Shown: piece after piece, positions 1 through 11,400 of the stretch | How the letters are laid out: each line of letters begins with the position of its first letter | How positions within the stretch are numbered: position 1 is the first letter of the stretch | From: a virus | Lineage: Duplodnaviria > Caudoviricetes | Direction: 5' to 3' (one strand) | IMG/VR virus record: IMGVR_UViG_3300025093_000027 | Coordinates: 1-52,875 of that record | DNA: 52,875 nt | The notes under the pieces: model-generated | Told to the model about the DNA's origin: nothing | Databases searched by the model: none | Seen by the model: only the letters and a program-made list of their open reading frames with translations | Made by a program: the position numbers and the translations under genes

Positions 1-2
1 CT

Positions 3-3000
3 GCTGATGTTGGCAAAAATCCAGCGGTTAGTGAAGCATTAGCTAGACAAGGTGGTGGTAAAAAAGGTAAAAGTAGAGCTACAGGAAGAGGTTTTGGCTC
101 TTTAACATTTGCTAGTGGTGGAGAAGTACCAGTTAGAATCTCTAATGGTGAGATGGTTGTTACTGATCCTAAAGAAGTTGCGGCTAATAGGGGTAAACTA
201 CAATCTATTAATAAGCTTGCAACTGGAGGTTTTGCTTCTGGAACTATTGCAAGAGGACCGGGAACTGGAACATCTGATAGTATCCTTACTACTTTACCAG
301 AAGGTGCATTTGTTGTCAATGCTGCTTCCACTAAGAAGTACTTAGGATTGAGAAGAGGCGGTGGAGTTGGAAGAATAAAATCTTTCAGAGATGGTGGAAC
401 AAATATTAGTGATTTGACAGCGGCAAGAAGAGGTGCTGCTGCTGATTTAAGATTTGCACAATCTACGGGCGACTCAGCAGCTATTGTTAAAGCAGAACAG
501 CAAATTAAAAATTTAGATAAGGCACTTCAAAAGGCTAATAAGAATTTAAATCAAAATGCCATAGCTAATCAAAAAGCTTCTGTTGCATCCACAATTTCTG
601 GTAAAGCTGATTTAAACGAGGCTAAAGCAAGTAAAACTGCTGCAACAGCAAATCTACAAGCTGCCCAAGCTGCTGCCAAACAAGTTGCTGCTGGTAACAT
701 AGGTCCATTTGGTGCCAATGCTAGAACTGTTAATACATTAGCCCCTACTACTCAAACTCGGGGTCCAAATCTTGGTAATCCTCAAAATGTTCTTCCTCCC
801 GGCACTGATAACTCTAAGCTTGCCAATTTTGGGCAAAATCTATTAGGCGTGACATTCGCACTGCAAACCTTAACAAGTAGTGTATTTGAAGCGGATTCTG
901 CCGCTGCTGAATTGGTTCAATCTTTATCTAATACTATTTTAACTTTTAGTTTGTTAGGGTCTATTATTCCGCTAGGAAAAATTGGAGAGTTGATTGGTTT
1001 TCAAAGCAAATTTGCCGGTGTTCTTCCACAATTTGCTGGTGCTAGTGTTGGTAGTTTTGCTGCTGGTGGATTAGGGGTTGCAGGTGCTGGTCTCGCTGGT
1101 GGTTTAGTTGGTAGGCAGGTTGGTGATCAAGTTGCTAATCTTGTCATTGGTAAACAGCAAGAAGTTGCTGGATTGAAAGGAGACTCATCTCTTGCTGATG
1201 CACAAGAAAGAGAAGCATTTGGTTTCGGAGGTGCTGTATTGGGTGGTGCTGTTGCCGGTGCTGCGATTGGAAGTTTTGTGCCCGTTATTGGTACTGCCCT
1301 TGGTGCTGCTATAGGTGCGGGTTCTGGAGCTATTGTTGCTGCTGTTACGACACCATTAGACATAGCGGCTAAACAGGCAGCATTTGAGACAGCATCTAAA
1401 CTTAAAGCTTCTGGAACAGCTTTGTCTAAATCTTTAGCAGATATTCAAAAGGGCTTCACAACATTTAAATTTGATAAAGTAACTACAGCACTTGATAGGC
1501 AAACTACTAATGTGTTAGGCTCCTTGAATACTTTTGCAGATGGTATTCGTGGAGAAAGAGGGTTCTGGAAAAGAGCATTTACTAATAGTGCTACATTAGC
1601 CGGTGAAGACTTTACTAAAGCTTTTGAGACTGCTGGTAAGCTTCTCAGTGAGGACGCTGCTAAATTTGAAGAACAATATCAAAAAGCTCTTGAAAGATTT
1701 GTGAAGACCTTAAATCCAGATGTCTTAAAAGACACTGATAATTTTTCAAAAGCCTTACAAAAAGCTGCTGATAGCGGTAATTCGTTTGCTAGAGATATTA
1801 TAGAAGCTGGAGAAGCAGTTGTAAAATCAAGATTAGTAGCAGGATCTCAAACAGATGTGTTACGAGAAAGTATTTTATCTCAAATCAATGAAGGTGGTCC
1901 TACGGGATTAGATTCAAGAGTAATTAATGGATTAATTACAGGAACTCAGGCATTAATAGCATTTGCTTCTGCTGAAGCACAAAGAACTGGTGGTCAAATA
2001 GCAGATGTTGAAATAGATGCGGCACAATTAAGGCGTATTTTCGAGGCAAGAGGTGTTACTGCAACTACTTTAGGGATCAGTGAGGAGGAATTCGCTAATC
2101 TCTTAGACGCATCAATAGCTGCCTACAACGTACAAATTGAAACTCAGCAACAATATATAAAAGAACAACAAAAAGCAGTTTTAACACAACAGAATCTAAA
2201 TACTATTATAAGTGATGTATCTAGAGAGTTAAAAAGTTTTGTCTCAGAACTTCAACAAATCACTATAGGGCTTAATTTTGCATTAGATCGTACCAGTACA
2301 ACATTGGCTGAATTTGAATCAAACGTAAGTAATGTATTTAGTGGTTCTGGTGTTGCGAATCTTGGACAAATTACAAATCCATTTTCCGTCGATAGTGATC
2401 AAGGTCAAGCTAGTCAAGAGAACTTCTTTAGAAGAATAGAAACTCTGGGTGTGGATAGTACACAACTTAGACAATTTCAACAGCTTGCCGCACAGGGTCC
2501 ACAAATTATTAAAGATACTATCAGTGACTTATCTGCTCGCGGTTTAACCGCTGACGAGCTTATTTTCAAACTTCAACAAGCTTTTCAAGCACAGGGACTG
2601 AGACTGCCTCCGGGTATAGAGAGAGCTTTATTAGAAGGTGTTTCTAGACAAGGAGTAGAAGAGGGTGGAGTTATTCCAGCAGATGTACTAGAGAAATTAT
2701 TTGCATCTGGAGAACTTCAAAATGCCTTTGGAGAAATTTTTCAGCAAGCAGCAGCTACAGCAGATAATTTTGTAGAGGCATATAATAGAGCTATTAAAAT
2801 TACTGAACAAAGAACTAAGATAGAAGCTCAACTTTTACAAGAGCAAGTTAAATTTACTCAAGCAATCACTGAATCTATTATCGCTCAAGAAAAAAGAACT
2901 AAGCAAATTTTAGCTGGCAATCTTGGTACTGGAGTTGGAGATGGCATTAGTGCTGCTGAAAGAAATGTGAGACTCAGAGCAGAAGCACAGGCAGGTAGTG

Positions 3001-6000
3001 CAGATTCAGGAGTCCTATTAGCTAGAAGACAAGCAGCACTTGATAGACAGTTTGAGTTGCAGCGAGGAGTTAGAGAAGGTACTGTTGATCCATTTAGTGA
3101 TGCCTTTGTTAATGAAAGTGCTCAGTTACAAACAGAGATTAATAACACCACAAAAGCTTTAGAGGGATTAGCTAACGAAAGTGAGGTATTCCAAGCTATT
3201 TTAGAAAAAGCTGCCAAGATAGGTCAAAATATTAATGCTCTAGAGACTGGCCTAGATGATCTTATAGGAAAGGTTGCTTCTGGAGATGCTAGAGGAGTAC
3301 TACAAATTGCACAACAGCAGAGTGCTATTGGGGCAGCATTTAGTGGCACAGCGAATATACCACAAGCATTAACAGCTTTGACAGCCTTACAAAATGAAGG
3401 CAATCAGGCACTTGTAGATGTAGCCGCTGGTCAAGAGGGTGCAGGTAAGGAACTTAGAAGAGTATTGCTTAGACAGCTTGGTGGCAGATTAGCTGCTGGT
3501 GGTGGTATTGCTGGTCAATCTGCTAATAGATTTTTACAAGCAATTGCTTTCTCTGAGGAAAAGAAAGATCAGCTTGCCAAACTTGCAGAAGCTAGAGCCG
3601 CAAGACAAAGACAGATCAGAGAAGAGTTGTTACAACAAAACCAAAATCAAACACAACTTCTTAGAAAATTCTTAGAGTTAGGATTTGCTAAAACTTTTGA
3701 AGAGTCAGTAAGAGAATTTTCTGAGGCTGTAAAATTATTTGCTGGTGCTCCAGCAGAAGCTACAGATCCTTTTCCTCAAGAACGCCCAGATCTTTTTGAT
3801 CCTTTTGGTAGACCTAGAGGTTTTGATCCTCTTGATCCAGCAGGTCTTCTTGCCCCACCACAGGGGACAGATCCTGAAACTGGTCGTCCTGCTAGTGGTC
3901 CGTCAGGTCGATTTTTTGATCCAGCACTGGAGGAAAGTGTAAGTGATAATACGGAGTCTAATGAAAAACTCGATCAAAGTATAAGAGACTTAAATAAATC
4001 TATTGATAAACTTTCTACCGCAATTAATAATAGAAGAAGGGAAGAAAATGAAAGGCAGGAGCCGAATCCTGCCACATTTGATGATGGTTCACCAATTCAG
4101 GGGCTTAATTATCGTGGAGGTCTAATTAATTCCACTGGACCAGCTACATATAGAAATGCTGGAGGCACCATATTTGAACCTCGCGGAACTGATACCGTCC
4201 CAGCTATGCTTACTCCCGGTGAATTTGTCATTAAGAAATCTTCTGTTGATCAATACGGTCCCGGTGTAATGCAAGCTGTTAATCAAGGGAACGCTCAAAT
4301 TTTTGCAGCAAGCGGTGGAAGAGTTGGCAAGGGAGTGCTTTATAGAGCAGATGGTGGTGGTAGTGATGATAAACTTTTCGACGAAAGCAAATTCGGTGCT
4401 AAACCTCTTAATGATTTTGCTGAGTTTGTTGCGAAGCAAGGTGAAAGAATTGATCAAAACGCATCAGAGGTTGGATTTGGTGGAATCGGTCAGAAAGAAA
4501 CAGTTGATTTTGCTCGGCGTGCAGGTCTTGGATTCAAACAGGAAACATTAGAAGGTATTATTAATGAAACTCAAAATCCACTTGGCGGGGTGAGATCAGC
4601 AACAGGTAGACTTGCTGAGACTTCTGGATCTAGCAGCATATTTAGAGATGATCCTATAAGTAGTGATTTAAAAAATGCTGGAGTCCTTCCCGGCAGAAGA
4701 AAGTATCAAGCTCTTTATGAAGATACAGCACAATTGGGAAAAAGAGATCCTAATGCATCTAATCCTAATAATGTTACAAGATTTAACATAGATGACGCTA
4801 GACGATACGAAAGAGCATTAACAAATCCTTTAGCTGTAGCAAAAGAAATTTATGGTGAAGAGTTTTTAGAGGCAGCTAAAAGTAGAAAAAGTGTTAGCTT
4901 TAGAAGTAGAATCGCACGACCCGGAGAAGATAAACTTGTAGGTGCAAACAACTTTGGTGAATCTAGTATAGCTGAAGATGCTATTAATGCAGTTATCACA
5001 CAGGCACAGTCTATTGCTTTGGATAGTCCTCTTGTTCAAGAGTTAACTGATAGACCTGTTAGTCTTTATGATAGCAGATATGATGAGATTATAGCAGAGA
5101 TTAGAAATAATGCTGCTGGAAAACTTGGTTTTGATAGTGCTGAAGAAGCATTAAAAGCAGAATCTAAAGTTCAACAGTTTTTAGATACTAAAGGACGATT
5201 AGATGATTCAGCAGACCAGCTTGTTAAAAATGCAACTGGTGGGAAAGCTGATTTAAATGCTTTAGCTGGACAGCCCGGAATTGGAAATAGAACTGATTTT
5301 ATCAAAAGAGTTGACGATATTAATAAGCTTGAGGGAGATGCTCAAGAAGCAGCATTCCAACAACTTGATCAAGACATTGAGAAAGCACAAAGAATTTCTC
5401 AGAGAAGAGGTGGAGGCCGTCCAAGCGTTTTATCTGGTGGTTTACCTGCTAGTGTATTTGGCTCTGTCCCTACATTGGCGGCTGAACAAGAGCCGTTAGT
5501 AGACAGAAATGTCCCAGTTTTTGGTGGCGAAGGGCAGGGATCGCTGAATCTTAAACCATCTCTGCCAGCAGATGCCTTTACAAGTGATTTAACTATAGAG
5601 GAAATAAAAGCTAAGAATGCACAGCGAGAGGCAGAATTAAGACCTCTTGAATTTGAGTTTGGTCCAACTCCTTTAGAGCAAGCTCAGTTGGCAAACGAAG
5701 AAGCTGCGGCTAGAGTAGAGAGACTCAAAGCAGAAGGTGCAGAGTTAGAAGCGAGAGGGCAACAGTTAAGACAACAGCAAGCTGCTCAAACAGCCGCAAC
5801 TGACACATCTTCTGCTGTTAATGCCACTGCTCAACAACAAGAAACCGCAGCACAAAAAGCTAGAAGGAAACGTAATGAAGAATTAGAAGAAATAAGAAAG
5901 CTTAATCAAGCAAGAAGAAAAGCGGCAGATAAAGAGGCAGCGGATAGAAGAGCGGCAACTGGCGGTTTAAATCAACGAGCCGCAAGGGAAGCGGCAGATA

Positions 6001-7046
6001 AAGAGGCAGCGAAAAGAAGAGCGGCAACTGGTGGTTTAAATCAACGAGCCGCAAGGGAAGCGGCAGATGAAAAGGCAGCGAAAGAGAGACAGGCTAGAGA
6101 TCAAGAGCGTGCAAATCGTTTAGATGACATTAATAGTACTTCTGATCCTCTTGAAAGATCAGCAAAAAGAAGAAAGTATGATCAAGAGAGAAGGTCCAGA
6201 AATCAGGCAAGGGGCTTGCGTAGTTCATTAGCATTTTCATCTGATGGAACAAGTGGATTTGTATCTACTACAACTGAAGCACCAAGAGACAGAGGAGTAG
6301 AAGCACAAAAAAGAAAAGAAGATAGAGTTGTTGCACAGTTTAGGGCACAATATAACCAAGCTGTATTATCTAGAAACTTTGATGCGGCAAGAAGAATTGC
6401 ACAGAGATACTTTAGCTCTGGAGATATTTCTCCCGCAACTCAATCCATTATTAAGGGGCAAATTGAGGCTGGACGCAGAACTCTTGGTGTCGCTCAAAAC
6501 GTAGCCCTCTATGGCAGAGGCGGTAAGGTTAAAGGATTCTCCAATGGCGGTGATGTTCCAATTATGGCTCAAGACGGTGAGTTTGTAATGAACAGAAATG
6601 CCGTTAGTAGATTAGGAGTTGGAGCTTTAACTAGAATGAATAATGGTCTACCAAGTTTCCATAATGGTGGTCCGGTGTATAGACAATTAGGTGGAGGTAT
6701 AGCTCGTCGTCGTGGAGCTAATGGTCCTCAAACAGCAGTAGTTATTAATGGATCAGATGCAGCAAAAGAGTTAAATAACGCTATAATAACAGGAGGAGAG
6801 ACTGTTAAACAATCATGGCAAACATTGTTTGATACAGTTGCAGAAGGATTGAACACAGCATTGAGCCAAGTCAGTACTATACCAAATCAAATCAATGCGA
6901 CAATCGCTCCAGTTCAGATTGAAGGTGTTGGTAGCTTTACTGAAGCATTGGCAGCACAAATCGTTCCTAAGATTGTGGAGCAAATCGCACCACTTATCGG
7001 AGACAATACTAACGGTGGTACAACAGAACAAGGTGCAGGAGTATAA
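3..7046 (+). CDS. Tail tape-measure protein, 5'-truncated by the window edge
   Basis: The frame is open from position 3 (ADVGKNPAVSEAL...FASGGEVPVRISNGEMVV), so the start at 153 is internal. More than 2300 aa, Ala/Gln/Glu-rich and helical, with Gly-rich hydrophobic segments (GAAIGSFVPVIGTALGAAIGAG). Recurrent tape-measure-type motifs GTSDSI..LPEGAFVV, GTDTVPAMLTPGEFVI and GGDVPIMAQDGEFVM. Followed by tail-like genes. Confidence 0.85.
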   Translation, partial: ADVGKNPAVSEALARQGGGKKGKSRATGRGFGSLTFASGGEVPVRISNGEMVVTDPKEVAANRGKLQSINKLATGGFASGTIARGPGTGTSDSILTTLPEGAFVVNAASTKKYLGLRRGGGVGRIKSFRDGGTNISDLTAARRGAAADLRFAQSTGDSAAIVKAEQQIKNLDKALQKANKNLNQNAIANQKASVASTISGKADLNEAKASKTAATANLQAAQAAAKQVAAGNIGPFGANARTVNTLAPTTQTRGPNLGNPQNVLPPGTDNSKLANFGQNLLGVTFALQTLTSSVFEADSAAAELVQSLSNTILTFSLLGSIIPLGKIGELIGFQSKFAGVLPQFAGASVGSFAAGGLGVAGAGLAGGLVGRQVGDQVANLVIGKQQEVAGLKGDSSLADAQEREAFGFGGAVLGGAVAGAAIGSFVPVIGTALGAAIGAGSGAIVAAVTTPLDIAAKQAAFETASKLKASGTALSKSLADIQKGFTTFKFDKVTTALDRQTTNVLGSLNTFADGIRGERGFWKRAFTNSATLAGEDFTKAFETAGKLLSEDAAKFEEQYQKALERFVKTLNPDVLKDTDNFSKALQKAADSGNSFARDIIEAGEAVVKSRLVAGSQTDVLRESILSQINEGGPTGLDSRVINGLITGTQALIAFASAEAQRTGGQIADVEIDAAQLRRIFEARGVTATTLGISEEEFANLLDASIAAYNVQIETQQQYIKEQQKAVLTQQNLNTIISDVSRELKSFVSELQQITIGLNFALDRTSTTLAEFESNVSNVFSGSGVANLGQITNPFSVDSDQGQASQENFFRRIETLGVDSTQLRQFQQLAAQGPQIIKDTISDLSARGLTADELIFKLQQAFQAQGLRLPPGIERALLEGVSRQGVEEGGVIPADVLEKLFASGELQNAFGEIFQQAAATADNFVEAYNRAIKITEQRTKIEAQLLQEQVKFTQAITESIIAQEKRTKQILAGNLGTGVGDGISAAERNVRLRAEAQAGSADSGVLLARRQAALDRQFELQRGVREGTVDPFSDAFVNESAQLQTEINNTTKALEGLANESEVFQAILEKAAKIGQNINALETGLDDLIGKVASGDARGVLQIAQQQSAIGAAFSGTANIPQALTALTALQNEGNQALVDVAAGQEGAGKELRRVLLRQLGGRLAAGGGIAGQSANRFLQAIAFSEEKKDQLAKLAEARAARQRQIREELLQQNQNQTQLLRKFLELGFAKTFEESVREFSEAVKLFAGAPAEATDPFPQERPDLFDPFGRPRGFDPLDPAGLLAPPQGTDPETGRPASGPSGRFFDPALEESVSDNTESNEKLDQSIRDLNKSIDKLSTAINNRRREENERQEPNPATFDDGSPIQGLNYRGGLINSTGPATYRNAGGTIFEPRGTDTVPAMLTPGEFVIKKSSVDQYGPGVMQAVNQGNAQIFAASGGRVGKGVLYRADGGGSDDKLFDESKFGAKPLNDFAEFVAKQGERIDQNASEVGFGGIGQKETVDFARRAGLGFKQETLEGIINETQNPLGGVRSATGRLAETSGSSSIFRDDPISSDLKNAGVLPGRRKYQALYEDTAQLGKRDPNASNPNNVTRFNIDDARRYERALTNPLAVAKEIYGEEFLEAAKSRKSVSFRSRIARPGEDKLVGANNFGESSIAEDAINAVITQAQSIALDSPLVQELTDRPVSLYDSRYDEIIAEIRNNAAGKLGFDSAEEALKAESKVQQFLDTKGRLDDSADQLVKNATGGKADLNALAGQPGIGNRTDFIKRVDDINKLEGDAQEAAFQQLDQDIEKAQRISQRRGGGRPSVLSGGLPASVFGSVPTLAAEQEPLVDRNVPVFGGEGQGSLNLKPSLPADAFTSDLTIEEIKAKNAQREAELRPLEFEFGPTPLEQAQLANEEAAARVERLKAEGAELEARGQQLRQQQAAQTAATDTSSAVNATAQQQETAAQKARRKRNEELEEIRKLNQARRKAADKEAADRRAATGGLNQRAAREAADKEAAKRRAATGGLNQRAAREAADEKAAKERQARDQERANRLDDINSTSDPLERSAKRRKYDQERRSRNQARGLRSSLAFSSDGTSGFVSTTTEAPRDRGVEAQKRKEDRVVAQFRAQYNQAVLSRNFDAARRIAQRYFSSGDISPATQSIIKGQIEAGRRTLGVAQNVALYGRGGKVKGFSNGGDVPIMAQDGEFVMNRNAVSRLGVGALTRMNNGLPSFHNGGPVYRQLGGGIARRRGANGPQTAVVINGSDAAKELNNAIITGGETVKQSWQTLFDTVAEGLNTALSQVSTIPNQINATIAPVQIEGVGSFTEALAAQIVPKIVEQIAPLIGDNTNGGTTEQGAGV
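5922..6085 (+). repeat. 69-bp tandem repeat (~2.4 copies) inside the tape-measure gene, encoding AADKEAA(D/K)RRAATGGLNQRAARE
   Basis: Units start at 5922, 5991 and 6060 and are near-identical at DNA level. Confidence 0.95.
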
Positions 7047-7049
7047 TAA

Positions 7050-8444
7050 ATGGCTGGTAGCATTTTAGTAACATATGGCAGTTTTACTTTTTCTGGTATA
7101 AATCAGCCTAATCCCGGTGTTTCTATTTCCAGAAGAGGAGAAAGAAGTCCCGGTAATTATGATACGTTATTTACTCCTTTAGAGGTTACTCTAGAAGGTA
7201 ACATTATCACTAGTGGTTTTCAACCAGTTGTTAGTGGCATTCGTGCTATTGAAAATGCTTTTTCGCCAGAGCTTGGTTGCCAAACTTTTAAAATTCAATG
7301 TGATAGTAATACTCCACTTATTGATAGCTCTGGTGTTGTTACCAATATTAGTTTTCAGCCTAGAAATGATGGTGATTTATTTGCACAAAATGCTGCTTAT
7401 AACATTACCCTAGAAATACCTTCTTTATCTGGTGATGCTCCTATTGCAAGTGGTATTACTGCCATCTCAGAAGAATGGTCTATTCAACACTTAGATGAAA
7501 AGGCTGGTGGAACTGCTTTTGGTGGTGCATTGATGGATACTGCTTTTACAGTTTCTCATAATGTTTCTTTACAGGTTGATGGCTGTGCTACTAATGGTTT
7601 ATCAACCGCAGAAACTTATTTAAATACATTGTATGGTTCATCAACTCCATCTGATGCAGATGTTGCTAACATTTTTGACATCTCTTCTGTTAGTTATTAT
7701 AACCATTTTAGAATTGTCAATAAAAATGTTCAAGAGGGTTCAATCTCTATGAATGAATCTTGGGTTGCATCTACTGGTGCTGCCCTTGAAGACTTTGAAG
7801 TTACAAGAGAAAAGAATTTAGATTCAGATCAAACTACTGTTACTGCTAATGGAACAATCCAAGGATTGGCAAGTATCGGTTATCCTGCCGCAACTGCATC
7901 AACAAGTAAAATGGAAAATGCCATTACACATTGGACAGGTGTTGTTTCTGGCAATTTATACTCTAGAGCAAATGCACTTTATGATGGAGATTATACTTTA
8001 AATCCAACAGGGTTTGCTAGTAGTCTTGGATACAATGGTGGTGCTGGAACTGTAAGTTATAACTTTGTTTATAATGATAGACCAGCAAACTGTGTTGCTT
8101 CTGCTAAGAGCGAGATTATAAATATTAATGAAACAAATCCCAATGATGTATTTGCATCTCTTACAGTACTTGGAAGATTAGCAGGTCCATTATTCCAAGA
8201 GGTAGGAACTAGTGGGGCTAGAACAAGAGAGATTTCTATTGAAGCCATTTTGCCTAGAAGCGGTGCATGTGATTTTGCTGATTTTACAGCACCTTCAGAC
8301 TATAATAGTTTAGTAAATACTTATGAGGCAGGATTGATTGCTGCTTATAGTCAAGTGTTTGTTAATAATGATACAAAAACTTGGAGTCCAAAGGATGGAA
8401 GATTCACATGGACGAAGGGTTGGACAGTAGGTAACTGTTCATAA
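7050..8444 (+). CDS. Putative tail structural protein (distal-tail/hub-like position), 464 aa
   Basis: Directly follows the tape-measure gene. Ser/Thr/Gly/Asn-rich, beta-prone composition typical of virion proteins. Function inferred from position only. Confidence 0.6.
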   Translation: MAGSILVTYGSFTFSGINQPNPGVSISRRGERSPGNYDTLFTPLEVTLEGNIITSGFQPVVSGIRAIENAFSPELGCQTFKIQCDSNTPLIDSSGVVTNISFQPRNDGDLFAQNAAYNITLEIPSLSGDAPIASGITAISEEWSIQHLDEKAGGTAFGGALMDTAFTVSHNVSLQVDGCATNGLSTAETYLNTLYGSSTPSDADVANIFDISSVSYYNHFRIVNKNVQEGSISMNESWVASTGAALEDFEVTREKNLDSDQTTVTANGTIQGLASIGYPAATASTSKMENAITHWTGVVSGNLYSRANALYDGDYTLNPTGFASSLGYNGGAGTVSYNFVYNDRPANCVASAKSEIININETNPNDVFASLTVLGRLAGPLFQEVGTSGARTREISIEAILPRSGACDFADFTAPSDYNSLVNTYEAGLIAAYSQVFVNNDTKTWSPKDGRFTWTKGWTVGNCS

Positions 8445-8458
8445 AATAGGAGATAAGA

Positions 8459-11400
8459 ATGCCACCTAAGAATAGCTGCACTCCACAATCTGTATTCGGG
8501 GGTTATACTCAAACATTGTTTTTGGGTATGTCAGTCCTTGATTTCAGTGCTACTGCTGGTTGGAATGAACAGGCATCTACAGTTACAATTAAGTTAGTCA
8601 AAGATGAATGTGCTGGTCCCAGAGATTATTTTGACGATAATTTTAATTGGCAAACTTCTGTAAACTTTCCTGCTGGTGATCCCGGCTTCAATAATGCACC
8701 TATTGGTTCTGCTGCATTTTTTAAAGTAGAAGACTTTGAGTTCGCTGGTATCATTCAGTCTTTTAACATAACAGAAGATCCCGGTGGATTTCCTATCCTG
8801 ATTGTCAATCTTATTAGCCCAAACATTTTGTTAGATGGTGCTCAAGTCATTACCGATGAATATCAAGGTAGTGTTTTGAGTATGCCTAATGTTTTTAATG
8901 TTTATGGATGGTTAGAATCTAGAACTAATAATTGTCCCCAGATTGGGGGATTTGGTGCTCCTGCCGGTGGATTTGGAAATGCCAGAAGAAACGAACGTGG
9001 TATTCCATGGTATTTTGCTAAAGGTGCTTTACAGGTTTTACTTGGTGGTGCCGAAACTAGTGATTATAGTTGGCATGGAGGAATCACCTATAAACAAGGT
9101 TTAACTGCTGGTAAATATGGTAGCATTAGAAGTGAAGGCTATGTAGTTGACATTACTGATTTACCAACTACAACAGACATCTATTATAGATTAACAAATG
9201 GAAACTATACCCTATCTGAGCTTATCTCAGAGATATGTAAAGATGGTGGTTATGAGTACTATGTAGATTTAGTTCCTTGTAAAGGTGGTGTAACTCCACC
9301 TATTACTAATGTTATTAAAATCAGGACTGTATCTAGAAGGTCACAACCTGCACTGGGAGAAATCTCTACTTTTATTACAGATCAAAATACTGGTCCTGCT
9401 GGTAAGATTATTACACAAGATTCAATAGGTGAAGAGCTTAGAAATGATTCTCCAAACTCTGCATTTATTGTTGGTGCTAAAAAGAAACAAACATACGAGC
9501 AAACAAGTGCTAGTTTTATAACTCCTTTCTGGGGCTTCAATGATAGTGGTGGATTTAATACTGCTTCATTTACTGCTGGTCAATGGCAGATTACTGTAGA
9601 TGTTAGAGCACTTAACTTATCATTAAATACAACTACTGGTAGTAATACAATTACATTTTCAGAGAGTGCATTGCTTGCAGCTATGGGCTATTCTCAAGAT
9701 GCATTCTTATCTTGGCTACAGGCAAATGAACCATCCAGTAATTTGAGTACATATTTCTTTACTAACTTGTCTCTTAATGCACCATTTGACATAAAACTTG
9801 GTGCTGCTCTTGGCAAGCCTGCTATTGATGCAGCAAGACCTGCTGGTCAAGGTAGTAGAGATCCACAAACTACACAAGCTAAAGATGCACAAACATTTTT
9901 TAGTTGGTTAAAATCTTATGGTGATCAGGTATACGGTAAGCAATGGCTTGTTGCAGTGCCATGGGTATGTTATACAAATGATCCTGAAACAAATCAGTTA
10001 TTATTAAGTGATGAGCCATCTACTGATGGTGCTTGGCCTAATACTCTTACTGCTGTATTGGGAATGACTTTCCCATCTAGTTATACAGATTTCTTTGCTG
10101 ATGAGCAAGGTAAACTGCAAACTATTATGAGATTCAATGGTGCTATTAATACTTCTTTATTATCAGATGAAGACTATGTAACTGATGGCACAAATGTTTG
10201 GGTTAAAGGTGAAATTAATGAAAAGTGGGCATTGTTACCATCAACTTTCTTTGGTGCTCAATACGCTGCTGCTTTAGTTACTATTCCTAACAGAGTTACT
10301 ATCTCTCCGACACTTGCTCTGTCTCAAACTATGTATGGTGGTGCTAATTTTAGAGTACCTAGTGTTGGTGCAGATTTTAATCCAAATGCAAATCCGGGTG
10401 CTGTTGCTGGTCCTGCTGCTCTTCCATTTTTTGCTCCAGTATCCGCTGCACTTCCAGTAAAAAGTAATACAACTACTTACGGTCCTTGGTTGGCTACGGC
10501 ATCAAGCCTTATTGTTAATGGTCATCCTTTTGGTGGTAAGGTTTATTATGAGCAAGATGACGGTCTAGCACCATGGGAATATGGTGGATTTACATTTATG
10601 AATCTTGGTGCAGCAGCTAAGATTGATAACTCTATTACAAATGAAACAGTATCTGAAAGAGGTTCTGTAACTTTAGCTGGTTATCCAGAAAAAACTCTAG
10701 GTTTAGCTATTACAGATAGTCCCTCTTTAGTTGCTAGTAGAGTACTACAAAATGGTCTTTATCAAGGTTCAAATTATTACTATGTAAATACAGGTGGAGT
10801 TTCCACCAAAGCTGCACAGATTACTAACATTCAAGTAACTGTTAATGGTTCTGCTATTACAACTCAGTATCAGATTTCAAGCTTCACTCCAGTATTTGGT
10901 AGATTTACTAAAGATAATGCGGAGAGAGTTAAACAGATTGGTCAGCAAAGACTTGAGTTTGGTAGAAAAGTCCGAGCAGCATTAGCAAGAGAGGCTAGAC
11001 TTGCTGCTGGTCAAAGGAAAGCTGCATTACAACAATTTGCAAGTATGCTTAATCAGTCAGATTCAGATTCTGGTGCTTCAGCATATTTAACTGGTAAAAG
11101 ACTTACAAATAGAAGTAAAAATAATTATGTAGTAAGTAATACCTTACAAGGCACATCTAACACTGATGACTATGATAATAGTGCTAATGTTAGTATGGAT
11201 GGAATGCAATCACCAGTTCAAAAAAGAGCCGGTTCATCAAACTTATCTAAAGAGGTTGCAGATCCTAATAATCCAACTACATCAGATCAACCTAACTTTA
11301 GCGAAGCTGCACCTCCTCCCTTAAATGAGTACACTCCTATTAGGGTTAGCACTGATTATTTAGATTTTCTAGCTACTCCTGCTAGTGATGTTGCACAAAG

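Noticed and set aside
5922-6085. CRISPR array
   Set aside because: The units are contiguous in-frame coding repeats without unique spacers.
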